Source: a virus
Taxonomy: Duplodnaviria; Caudoviricetes
Direction: 5' to 3' (one strand)
DNA: 51,294 bases
Virus record (IMG/VR): IMGVR_UViG_3300035670_000302
Span: 1 to 51,294 of that record
In this document: positions 25,801 through 34,476 of the stretch, one piece after another
Position numbering within the stretch: the first letter of the stretch is position 1
Layout of the letters: every line of letters begins with the position of its first letter
Position numbers and translations under genes: made by a program
Notes under the pieces: model-generated
Database searches by the model: none
What the model saw: only the letters and a program-made list of their open reading frames with translations
Told to the model about the DNA's origin: nothing

Positions 25801-28800
25801 GGTGGCTTCGTAGCCCTTCCAAATCGGGCTGTCCTTGGTAAGCCCCGGCACACCGTCGACATTGATCTTCTCCGTAACCTCGTTACCTTCTTTCAGGTAG
25901 GTCACGTTGTAAGAGAACCCATCACGCATCTGCTCAAACTTCAGCATACCAAGGTCGGTCAGCCGCTTGGCCTCGTCCATGTTTGGTTTGACTTGCCCCT
26001 CGTCGTCCACATAGAACAACGGCGTCTTACCCATGGCGCTCGACTTGTACTTACTGATGGCATACCGCTGGCCCTCGTAGAGCATACGGTTGACTTGGTT
26101 CAGTTCTTCCTCGGTAATACCGCCAAGGAAAGGTAACCGCTCAAAAGACCGATTAAGCACGACAGCCATGCGCTCGTTCATCAATACCTTGATGGACATT
26201 GCCATGTCACGACCGGCAGACAGTACGTCATGCAGGGCGCTGAGACCGGGGTTCTCACGGGTACGGAAGTTCAGGAGGCTAAAGAACTTCTCTTTGAACT
26301 TCTCAAAGCTGTTGCCGAAGTCCATGCCGGTAGCTTTAGCCCGCTGTAAATACTCAGCCAACTGGCTATAGTTCATCCCCTGTGCATCGCTGGTGTAGTT
26401 TGCCATCAGCGCGGCTTGCAGGTTGTCGTCCCGCAGGTTGGGCTTGCCAGAGTAACGACCCAGTTCGATGGTGTCTTCACCAGATTCCACGGACATCATC
26501 CGCAGGGCTACCGCAGAGTTGACGAACGTGTTGCCCGTCTTCCCTTCGTAAACATATCTGCGTGACTGACTGATCAGATACCGTGCCATGTCGTCTGAGA
26601 ACTTCACGCCGAGTTTGTTGAGGGCGTTCTTGATCGCCGCCCATACACGCGCCAACAAGTTATTGTTCAACGTACCGGCGAAGTCAGCGAGGTATTCCTC
26701 AACGGCTTCTGACTTGCTCATATCGGAGCTTGCCATTGCCGCATCGACAGCGTTGCGGATACCACCGCTGGACTCATAGACCTCGTTCATCAACGCGTCG
26801 AAGTCGCGGCCTGCCATCAGGCTACGCATACCGAAGTGGCCGATGGTCTCATGGGCCATGACGAAGTTCAGGTGGTCAGCAGAGAAGATGTTGTTGGAGA
26901 AGATGATGATGTTCTTCCCAAACGAATACCCTGATGCCAGCGTGTTGTCGAAGTCGCCCTCAACCCGCGCCGCCTTGGCTCGCCGATAGAGTTCGGGGTT
27001 CTGTACCTTGAGGTCGTTGATGTCGGCATAGACGTAGACCGTCGGCTTCATCTTCAACTTGGATACAAACTGGTTCACCAGCATCTTCACCCGACCGATA
27101 CCGATAGGCGTGGCATCGGTGTTGTCAGAGACGCGCTTATTTCTTCCTACACCCGTGTAACTGCTAGGTAAGTTTTTAGTCTTGGTAAGATTTAGCTGGT
27201 CAAGTATTCCAGCCTGCGCCGCCACTATGTACCACGGTGCCCTACCATTCTGTGCATCCAGTTTTGGGTTGGCGTTAAAGTTCGCTACCGCCGCCCGTAT
27301 CTGCTGTTCATAACTTACTGGCGCACTTACCTTTGGTTTTCTGTCCGGTGCAGTTTTCTTTTTCTCTTCTATACGTTCAGTTATTTTAAGCGCGTCACGG
27401 ATTTGGGTTTGCGTGGACTTCGCCTTCTCTTCCTCAAGGGTTTGCTTAACCAGTTCGTACCCAGAGACAGGCGTCGTAACCGGAGTGGTCTGTACTACAG
27501 GCTCACTTGAGTCGATTACGACTTCTGGCTTTTTTACGGCGGCAGTTTCCTTAGCCGTGGTAAGTTTCGTCTTACCGGCAGGTTTCGGTTTAGCCACAAA
27601 GCCCATGGCTCCAGCAGGAGCGGCAGGCGTAGGCGCGGGCTTAGGTGCCGGAGCGATCTCTACAGCAAGCGCTACGCTAGGATTCTCGTCATCAAAGACA
27701 GCCTTACGCCAACGCTCCTGCTGTTCTGGAGTGAGGGTATTCCACCTAACTTCGGAGAATTCTGCCCATCGTCTGCCTGCCAAGATTATCTGGCCGGCGC
27801 GTATCTGTGCGGCCACTCGGGGCGAAGTCTCGTCTTCGACTGCGGCTTTGGCCTCAGCTTTGGCCGCAGGTTTGAGTTTCGCCGCAGGCTTGGGCTTTGT
27901 CTCAACCTTGGGGGCAGGCTTAGGCTTCTTCAGCCCTTTGCCTTTCTCTGCTCCTTGCTCAGCGCCACGGCCACCGCTTGGCGCACCGCCTGCTTTTTGG
28001 CCTTCGGCCGGCTTGTTCCGATCTTCCCGCTTGACTGCCAGTCGTCCACGACCTTCTGTATCTTCGCGCTTACCCGCTTGTTCTTGGCTTTTGCCGCGTT
28101 TGAGTTTTGCACCTTTAGCTCCCGTGGGTACTGGTTGTGGGGTAGGGATCACCGCCGGCGCAACAGGGCCGGCTACATTTGGAAGGTTCTCTGCAAGCTG
28201 GAGTTCAACTTGGTTGAGTGCCGCTTGGTAATCAGCATCGCGCTGTGCCTGTCGTGCGGCTTCTTCTGCCGCCGCCCGTGCCGCTTCCTGTTCAGCGAAC
28301 AGAGGCGCGTTACGACCACGGGCAATAAGTTGCTCAAGCCCTCTACGCATTTGCGTGGGTTCCCCACGCCCCCAAGACTCAGGAGCGGCAGGGGCAAACT
28401 GGAGTGCACCCTGCTGTGGATTACGCACCGGCTCTACGGGTGGCGCACCCATGGGTATCGCTGTGCTTGGCATCATACGGGCGGCGAGTTCTTCCGCAGT
28501 GACAGGCTGTCCACCGAAGATGTCCAGAAGCCCCTGAGAACCGGCCTGTGCGCCGGGAGGTACGTTACCCTGCACCCCAAACAGAACGTCGCCTGCTTCG
28601 GCAGGACGCATCCCCTGTGGGCCAGCGACGAAGTCAGGAGTACCCAGTAACTGTAGTGGTGCCACAGGAGCGGCTGGTGCCGCCGGAGCCGGCAGTGCAG
28701 GCTGACCGAAGTTGAACTCCACCCCAGTAATATCTGGACCTTCTGGTTGCCCAGTGTAAGGAGCCAGCCCACCGCCCATCTGTAATCCGGCAACAGGCAC

Positions 28801-30369
28801 CAGCGGGTTGTATGTGCTTCGGAGTTCCGGAGGCAGGTTGTCCACCCACGCAGGGCGGTTAGGCGGTAGCTCTACCCCACGGGCAGGGGACACGCCGCGA
28901 GGCATATTCGGGCCAGCAACGGGCGGGCCTTGCTCCCACACTGGGCGATTGAGCGCTATCGACGCGGAGGCGGGGACTAAACCTTCCGGTAGTTTCAATC
29001 CCATGAATACGGTAGGCGCTGGCTCTTCTTCCTTTGGCACGTCAGTAATCAAGTTTACCGGCTCGCCACTGCTCATCGCCTCGCGTGGCCCACGGAGGTT
29101 AGAGACGCCACCGAGAACACCACCGACAGCGGCACCAGCCGCCGCCGCTTCAGCGATACGGAGCAGGTTCTCGTTGGATGTGAGTGGCTTACCGTTGAAT
29201 CCAAGCGCCGCGCTTGCGGACAGGAGCGAAGTGACTTCCTGTCCTGCTTCGGTGATGGCTTCAAGACCAGCGCCTTTTGCCGCGCCCTTGCCGCCACGCT
29301 TGAGCAACTCACCGGCTTTGCCTTTCACGCCGGTAATATCTTTCAGCGCAGTCTTACCTACGCCCCCACCAACAAGCGCCTTGGCATACGCAAGTTCTGG
29401 CAGAGTCTCCAGCGCCGCGTAAGGAATACCACCGAGGATAGCCGCCATGCGTCCACGCACTGTGTCCGCACCCTGCTCCTGCGTTTCGCCATAGATGTCG
29501 GCTACGCCCATTGTGTAGTTCTGGACGGCGGCACCGATAGCCGCGCCACCGGCACGGCCCGCAAACTTGAGCGCTTCTTGCTCAGTCTTGTCGAGGGCTT
29601 CACCAGCAAGATGTTTCTGCGTGGCGCGGGTCAGCGTAGCCCGGAGGGCGTCCTGACCTTCCTTGGATGAGAGGCGTACCCCCAACTCACGGACGAGCGC
29701 ACCACGGCCAGCGGCGAGGCTACCGCCTACAATCGCACCAGTACCAGCGGAGACGAGTGATGCAATCAGGTTAGGGACTTGCTGGCCGAGGTTGGCGACA
29801 ACAAATGCACCCATGTCCTCAGCAGACTTGATACTTCCAAGCCCACGCTGGAACGGCTCCAGCTTGGCTATATCCTGTCCTGCGGATTTAACAACGCCAG
29901 CACCAAATTCTTCAGCACCCAGAAACTGAGCAAGACTACCAAGCAACTGCTTACCGTTAGCCACGCCAATATCGACATTGCGACCGAAAAGCTCGCTAGT
30001 AGTAGGGTTCTTAATCCGTTCAAGGAACTGGCGATAGCTTCCTTCATCGACTGGTTCCCAACCTGCTTCTTGGGGAGTAAAGGCTTGCCCTATGAACTTC
30101 TCGGTATCAACCGCAGACGCATAGTCATCAGTATCAAACGCATATCCACCAACGGCGTACCGCTTACCATCGGCGCTACGGTAGACGGAATTTGTAGGTC
30201 TGGCCTCTGCCTCTGGCGCTTTAGCCATTGCGAACAGAGCGGCACGTTCTTTACCAAGCGCCGCCGTTTGTTCTGCTGACAAGCCTACTCTTGGTAACGC
30301 CCCTGAGAGTGATCCTATACCAAGTCCAAGCAACTCCGGATTACTGATAGACAACCCTGCGTTAGCCAT
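22861..30369 (-). CDS. Large internal virion / DNA ejection protein (polyvalent-like, 2502 aa)
   Basis: Last gene of the virion operon; Gly/Ala hydrophobic N-terminal region, Pro/Ala/Lys disordered middle, HETIGH motif, helical C-terminus. Confidence 0.75.
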   Translation of the reverse strand: MANAGLSISNPELLGLGIGSLSGALPRVGLSAEQTAALGKERAALFAMAKAPEAEARPTNSVYRSADGKRYAVGGYAFDTDDYASAVDTEKFIGQAFTPQEAGWEPVDEGSYRQFLERIKNPTTSELFGRNVDIGVANGKQLLGSLAQFLGAEEFGAGVVKSAGQDIAKLEPFQRGLGSIKSAEDMGAFVVANLGQQVPNLIASLVSAGTGAIVGGSLAAGRGALVRELGVRLSSKEGQDALRATLTRATQKHLAGEALDKTEQEALKFAGRAGGAAIGAAVQNYTMGVADIYGETQEQGADTVRGRMAAILGGIPYAALETLPELAYAKALVGGGVGKTALKDITGVKGKAGELLKRGGKGAAKGAGLEAITEAGQEVTSLLSASAALGFNGKPLTSNENLLRIAEAAAAGAAVGGVLGGVSNLRGPREAMSSGEPVNLITDVPKEEEPAPTVFMGLKLPEGLVPASASIALNRPVWEQGPPVAGPNMPRGVSPARGVELPPNRPAWVDNLPPELRSTYNPLVPVAGLQMGGGLAPYTGQPEGPDITGVEFNFGQPALPAPAAPAAPVAPLQLLGTPDFVAGPQGMRPAEAGDVLFGVQGNVPPGAQAGSQGLLDIFGGQPVTAEELAARMMPSTAIPMGAPPVEPVRNPQQGALQFAPAAPESWGRGEPTQMRRGLEQLIARGRNAPLFAEQEAARAAAEEAARQAQRDADYQAALNQVELQLAENLPNVAGPVAPAVIPTPQPVPTGAKGAKLKRGKSQEQAGKREDTEGRGRLAVKREDRNKPAEGQKAGGAPSGGRGAEQGAEKGKGLKKPKPAPKVETKPKPAAKLKPAAKAEAKAAVEDETSPRVAAQIRAGQIILAGRRWAEFSEVRWNTLTPEQQERWRKAVFDDENPSVALAVEIAPAPKPAPTPAAPAGAMGFVAKPKPAGKTKLTTAKETAAVKKPEVVIDSSEPVVQTTPVTTPVSGYELVKQTLEEEKAKSTQTQIRDALKITERIEEKKKTAPDRKPKVSAPVSYEQQIRAAVANFNANPKLDAQNGRAPWYIVAAQAGILDQLNLTKTKNLPSSYTGVGRNKRVSDNTDATPIGIGRVKMLVNQFVSKLKMKPTVYVYADINDLKVQNPELYRRAKAARVEGDFDNTLASGYSFGKNIIIFSNNIFSADHLNFVMAHETIGHFGMRSLMAGRDFDALMNEVYESSGGIRNAVDAAMASSDMSKSEAVEEYLADFAGTLNNNLLARVWAAIKNALNKLGVKFSDDMARYLISQSRRYVYEGKTGNTFVNSAVALRMMSVESGEDTIELGRYSGKPNLRDDNLQAALMANYTSDAQGMNYSQLAEYLQRAKATGMDFGNSFEKFKEKFFSLLNFRTRENPGLSALHDVLSAGRDMAMSIKVLMNERMAVVLNRSFERLPFLGGITEEELNQVNRMLYEGQRYAISKYKSSAMGKTPLFYVDDEGQVKPNMDEAKRLTDLGMLKFEQMRDGFSYNVTYLKEGNEVTEKINVDGVPGLTKDSPIWKGYEATRESMADVELKLLQARYTSFIQESKNAYRSIAKAMRDGTLTGADNAFLEKVYNTYKTIWTSNPIKDKDGDESYSEESMTKANEFIAKMNELLIANESDKNAELKDVLAGTAFDKQYDDLIASLTEFKQRFAKTEDRKFLVQNKLKEVLMAELSNLGGDKYTKTTLATGYLPLLRKGDYQVRVVAYDKEGNPVRLKSEYKDQLSYTQHETESDALEAANLINNQLFAEDGKVRTYKIEVFNENTGSYELQDVILRAESGAVLNSVAAPPALNLNEFIHGLRRFSIVLTPNKMEQVIVALTKQDNKARKRLQRSFVPGADMDGVAAVSQHIDSRASTIAKVAMRPQLNALMDRSLPSTMDIWKAEEKVDGVPKLKYLKDQWDRLSKTPDATPEQVTAAKRAYYEYKYMVDKTKPEGRASRDNMYYSEASRLLTFLDSNKSLDESDFGAGKVVSSIRAYTSMMQLGGSLATGALNYIGLFTNSFPYLATYNEKTAFGEGFGYGNAVAAFSKASGEVGLARAIGNSEFNTSLFYDRIAGDNRLQKQYGLTEAEAKFIAQEIREGVMIPAQSNALANTARGRITSGAGQKLMDAWMWTFNSTEQAARRSLGLATFRLAYNRAIASKMSEAQAIEQARKSAVDAIRYTMGEYSVINRPPAWRSGLQSFLYMYKVYPTTTIQTLARLSRTGQIQMLAGMWLLSGLAGMPFAEDFEDLLDTIAQKLGLSMGSVRFELAKLLDSIAPGVSPYLLKGVFNSLSAVDIASRVSTGDFIPGTEILLAGADVGQQVKEILGPAASAMIGAATSMGAALSAATTEKTSIADVFRESPVTMMRAMGDAYVYAQTGAVIDKKGYVVTPDVTMMTVLARMGGFYPAAPSEAYETIKLTNRVTDYQREVSGSYKRAWVKAMIGKDPEQARRVEEAVREWNVGAKGTGLEIRDFVANARRALKEAERPAKERSLRAVGKAAQATIEELDTLLSYPTSQP

Positions 30370-30388
30370 TGTTCACTCCAAGAATCTA

Positions 30389-31912
30389 TTATTGAAAGTA
30401 TTGCTGTGCGGCGCTCAATGGAATACGAATAGTCGTCGGACTAGCCACGCCGTTCGCATCAACTCTAGCTTCTGCGTTGGGGTTGTAGATGATGAGTTCG
30501 TTACCATCCCGCTGGACAAATCCGTTAGCCCCTATGGCTATCGGAGTTGACTTGCCATCTTTATCCAGCCTTGATTCAAACAGCAACTTACGCAGGTCGT
30601 TATTACTCAGCACTTGCAACTTGGCAATTTCTGCATCGAGTCCGTACTGCGCCTTGGCCGCTTCTTTCCGGAGACCAAGCAACGTCTTGTATTCAAGGTC
30701 TGCGCGTTCAGCCATCCGCTTAGTGTAGTCGGTATCGAACGTAGAGCGTACTGAACCAATGAGTTCGTCTTGGGTAAGCCCTTCTTCGACGATCTGTCCG
30801 TTAGCGAGGTAGTTGTAGGTACCGTCCGTCCGCATCTGGATGTCGACGGGGCCACCGCTGATGAAAGTCAGTACACCGGACAGACGACGTGGGTCGTTGA
30901 ATCTGGAAAGTTCAGTAATCCCCTGCATCCCTTGGAGATACAACAGACTCTCGTCGGTCTCGTTGATCTTGTCCAGAGTCGCAGAATACTCCGCACCAAG
31001 ACCAGCGGCACGATACATATTCGCCACCCGCACCAACTGCTCCCGCTTGTTCATCGCCTGTTGCATACTTGGGGTAACAAGTTCAGGGTTACCGAGGTAG
31101 ACCTGCGACGGGTTGAGTTGTATCTGCCGCTTCGCCTCAGCCGGCATACCAGCCGTGACAGAATTTATCGTGGCGCTAACCGCATCAAGTCCTCGACTAA
31201 GACCGGCCTCGCTTATGGGGGACACACCCGCCGCAGGTGCGGCTGGCGGTCCTTCTCCCGTGGGAGTCTGCGGCCCATCGGTCGCGTCGACAACGAGCGG
31301 CATCTGTCCATTGCGGGGAGTTACTGCTGGCTCTGGTGTACGTTGCGCAGGTGTAGGAGCCGGAGCCGGAGCCGGAGCCGGAGCAGGCGTAGTAGCCGCA
31401 GGTTTTGCGGGGGGTGTAACTCCGGCGGTTTGTGCCGCCTGTTGTCGCTGATATGCTCCGCTACGGACACCTGCCGCTGTGGCCTCTGCTTTAGGCGTAA
31501 CTCCGTATAGATACTGCCCACTACGAATAGTCTCTGCCGTGGCTGGTATAGGATTAACAGCCGCAGGAGCCGGAGCAGGCGTAGTAGCCGCCGGTGCAGG
31601 TGCAGGTGCAGGTGCAGGTGCAGGCTTTGCGGCAGGTTTAGCGGCAGGTTTAGCGGCAGGAGCGGCAACAGCTTCTGCGACAGGCGCGACAGGAGTCGTG
31701 GCTAGACCAACGGCTTGCCGCGAAGGAATGTTTTTGGCGGCGGCAACATCATACATGAACGCTTCACGGTTCACGACTTCCTGACGGAACTTGGCGTCAC
31801 GCAGGGCTTGCAGTTGAGCGCGTTGGGCCTCAGCTTCACGCTGGGCGGCTTCGCCTTCCTGCATCCCTTGGGCAATACGCCCTGCACCAGCGAGTACGTT
31901 GAAGATACTCAT
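30389..31912 (-). CDS. Probable internal virion/ejection protein with Pro-Ala linker
   Basis: Position in the operon, composition, PAPAPA repeats. Confidence 0.65.
   Translation of the reverse strand: MSIFNVLAGAGRIAQGMQEGEAAQREAEAQRAQLQALRDAKFRQEVVNREAFMYDVAAAKNIPSRQAVGLATTPVAPVAEAVAAPAAKPAAKPAAKPAPAPAPAPAPAATTPAPAPAAVNPIPATAETIRSGQYLYGVTPKAEATAAGVRSGAYQRQQAAQTAGVTPPAKPAATTPAPAPAPAPAPTPAQRTPEPAVTPRNGQMPLVVDATDGPQTPTGEGPPAAPAAGVSPISEAGLSRGLDAVSATINSVTAGMPAEAKRQIQLNPSQVYLGNPELVTPSMQQAMNKREQLVRVANMYRAAGLGAEYSATLDKINETDESLLYLQGMQGITELSRFNDPRRLSGVLTFISGGPVDIQMRTDGTYNYLANGQIVEEGLTQDELIGSVRSTFDTDYTKRMAERADLEYKTLLGLRKEAAKAQYGLDAEIAKLQVLSNNDLRKLLFESRLDKDGKSTPIAIGANGFVQRDGNELIIYNPNAEARVDANGVASPTTIRIPLSAAQQYFQ
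31356..31665. repeat. Coding microsatellites (GGAGCC)n and (GCAGGT)n, 12-bp GCGGCAGGTTTA repeats and a duplicated about 26-bp segment
   Basis: Directly visible; encode PA and AAKP repeats. Confidence 0.85.
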
Positions 31913-33048
31913 GCTCTTACTCCCCGCTCTTCTTCCAACTTTCTCAGGCGCTCTTCTTCACGGCGGCGGTTTTGTTCTTGCTCGTAACGGCCAGTGATGT
32001 CACCGAAGAGTCTGCCCACGTCGAGACCGCCACGCATGGCGTCTGATGCCTGACCACCGTAGTAGTTGGCAAGGCTGGAGTAATCAGTGCGTGGTGCGCT
32101 ACCCAGTGATTCTATGGCGGCTTGGGTCAGGCGCGTCTTTTGTTCCACGCCAGTGCCGTAGCCTACGTCATACGCAGTGCCGGTTCCACGGGCAGTTGCC
32201 AACTGACCACGGCGCTTCTCGGCCATCCGCAGACCGGGCTTGTAGAACGGTGCCGCTTGCTCTGCCTCACGGGTTGCCAGTGCGCCAGCCTCCTGCATAC
32301 GACGTGCAGACTGAAGTCCGAAGTACTCGGGGTTGGTGGCGGCGGCTTGCTCTTCAAGACTCTTGGAGAGTGCCTCACGGCGGGCGAAGATGTTAGCCTC
32401 AAGTTGACGTTGACGTTCGATCTCAGCCGCCTGTTGCTTCGCGTAGTCGTCTGCTTGTTCTTGCGCTTCTGCCGCCTGTTGCTGACCGAGGTAGGCCGCA
32501 CCCAGTTGGATACCCGCAGGGACGTAGACGCTTGGGCCACCGAGGGCTTCGCCAACGCCGGAGAGAAGTCCGGGGGAAGAGGCGGCTGAAGGGCCGCTGA
32601 AGCCTGCACCACCAAGTCCGGGCATCGGGCTGGCTGGTACAGTTGTACCACCAAGTCCGGGCAAGGGGCTACTCGGGATACCCGCAGTGGTAGGTTGCAT
32701 CATGAACCCACTGGTATCCGTCACCGATGTTGGGAGTGTCGGCGCACTTGGGGTAGCCGGAGTGCTTGCGGCGGCTTGCGCGGCGTCTGCGCCGCCCGTC
32801 GGAGTGTAGTTATACCCGGCAATACCGCCACCTATCGCGCCTAGCGTGGCACCCTTACGCCAGTCACCACCTTGGAGGTTAGCGCCCAAAGCGCCGCCCA
32901 GTGCGCCTATACCCGCCGACCCCAGTACGGCCGACATACCGCCAGCGTTGACAAGGGATGGGGCCATAACTCCAAGTATATTAGGAGCGTAGTACGGAAT
33001 GGCGATAGCCGCCGCCACACCCAAAGCCATCTTTACTTTCTTACTCAT
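31909..33048 (-). CDS. Probable ejection/pilot protein
   Basis: Gly/Ala-rich hydrophobic N-terminus, Gln/Ala coiled-coil C-terminus. Confidence 0.65.
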   Translation of the reverse strand: MSKKVKMALGVAAAIAIPYYAPNILGVMAPSLVNAGGMSAVLGSAGIGALGGALGANLQGGDWRKGATLGAIGGGIAGYNYTPTGGADAAQAAASTPATPSAPTLPTSVTDTSGFMMQPTTAGIPSSPLPGLGGTTVPASPMPGLGGAGFSGPSAASSPGLLSGVGEALGGPSVYVPAGIQLGAAYLGQQQAAEAQEQADDYAKQQAAEIERQRQLEANIFARREALSKSLEEQAAATNPEYFGLQSARRMQEAGALATREAEQAAPFYKPGLRMAEKRRGQLATARGTGTAYDVGYGTGVEQKTRLTQAAIESLGSAPRTDYSSLANYYGGQASDAMRGGLDVGRLFGDITGRYEQEQNRRREEERLRKLEEERGVRA

Positions 33049-33057
33049 GGTCTTCTC

Positions 33058-33486
33058 CTAGAGCGTCATGCGGACATACGCGCATGACTTGTCAAACCCA
33101 AACTTGTTCATGTAAATCTTGGCTAAGCGGTCAGGGGCGTAGGCATCGACATACTTGACGCCATTGGCTCGTAACCACTCCAGTATAGACGGCCAGTAAG
33201 CTGACTTAAACTTCATCAGCCCCTTACCCGCCATAACAATCACATCGGCAGTCTTGGCATCGCCCGTCATGTAGAACTGGAGGGCCATCACCATGGACAA
33301 CTCGCAGTCCTCAAACCCGGCAAAGATCACACAGGTGTCAGTCTGCGACATGACGAACACATCCTCGGCTGTGATCTCATCCTCTGCAATGGCATGGCCC
33401 TTACAGGCCGACGCAATCATTGGTTGTAGGTGGGGCCATAGCTCCACCACCCGAGGCGGCTCCAGCATTTCGATGGTTAGCATCAC
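33058..33486 (-). CDS. GNAT-fold-like virion assembly protein
   Basis: About 140 aa in the T7 gp13-like position; ends Y..KFGF. Confidence 0.5.
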   Translation of the reverse strand: MMLTIEMLEPPRVVELWPHLQPMIASACKGHAIAEDEITAEDVFVMSQTDTCVIFAGFEDCELSMVMALQFYMTGDAKTADVIVMAGKGLMKFKSAYWPSILEWLRANGVKYVDAYAPDRLAKIYMNKFGFDKSCAYVRMTL

Positions 33487-34136
33487 TTCTCCGCGTACTT
33501 GGAGATCAGGTTGTCGAAGAACTCTTTGCCCTTCATTTGGACAACGTGTTTGGGAATGACGTACTCACCTTCGTGAGCCATGATGGGAACTCCACCGTCA
33601 TCCCGCTTGGACTGTGGCACCGTGCCGCCCATCTTCATCGCGGGCATACCGGCAGGCGTACCGCCCTGCATCATGTTCTGACCGCCCATACCCCGTTGCA
33701 TAGCCTTGGCAACCGTCAGGAGAACCATGACCAACGCAGGGTCGTACTGCTCGGAGATTTCTTCCGGAGTCACCAGCCCCTGCTGGATGGCGAACCTACG
33801 CACGTTAGGATACATTTCAGGGTTCTGCGCGGCCACCGTCGCCAACTGGACGATCATGTTCAACTCTTGCGGAGTGAGTTCGCCGGACTGCATGGCTTCC
33901 ATGAACACCTGCGCGATCTGCTCCATCTGCTGAGGATTCTGCGCGGCGAACTGGTTGACCTGCATGTCCATGGCTTCTGCACCCATGGGAGCGGCAGGTG
34001 CGCCCTGCGGCGCTACACCCACTGGTTGCCCGCCGGGGCCGATCATACCGCCCTGCTGGTAGCTTGGTAGCCGCGAGGGCATTGCCATCAACTGAGCCAG
34101 TTGGGGAGGAAGGTCGAGCGAGTTACCGTAGGGCAT
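33483..34136 (-). CDS. Virion-associated protein
   Basis: Gln/Met/Pro-rich, with C-terminal GG.V...VPIMAHEGEYVIP motif. Confidence 0.65.
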   Translation of the reverse strand: MPYGNSLDLPPQLAQLMAMPSRLPSYQQGGMIGPGGQPVGVAPQGAPAAPMGAEAMDMQVNQFAAQNPQQMEQIAQVFMEAMQSGELTPQELNMIVQLATVAAQNPEMYPNVRRFAIQQGLVTPEEISEQYDPALVMVLLTVAKAMQRGMGGQNMMQGGTPAGMPAMKMGGTVPQSKRDDGGVPIMAHEGEYVIPKHVVQMKGKEFFDNLISKYAEK

Positions 34137-34140
34137 TGTC

Positions 34141-34476
34141 TTAGCCTCGTAGTTGTGAAATTAGCGTATTAACGGTTTGCCGGAGGGTTGCTACGTCAGC
34201 GGCCAATGTCTGTACGTCAGTGATGAGTTTGGCATAGTCATCATAACCTGCAACCATCTGTCCACCTACTGTGAACCCTTGGCCTTGCGCGGTTACTCCC
34301 ACGAAAGTGCCTGTCGCCCCCGAGAGGGTGATCTGTCCTGACACCACTGCATGAGTGGCCTTGTCCCCGCGAGCGCCGGTAAGAAGTTCTACGTTCTCTT
34401 TGAGCGCGTTGAGGACGAGGCCGGCGGCACCGCCGGCTCCTGTTGGTATCGTTGGTACGGAAGTGAACCTAGCCAT
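34141..34476 (-). CDS. Hypothetical tail-associated protein
   Basis: Coupled to the nozzle gene; C-terminal coiled coil. Confidence 0.7.
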   Translation of the reverse strand: MARFTSVPTIPTGAGGAAGLVLNALKENVELLTGARGDKATHAVVSGQITLSGATGTFVGVTAQGQGFTVGGQMVAGYDDYAKLITDVQTLAADVATLRQTVNTLISQLRG

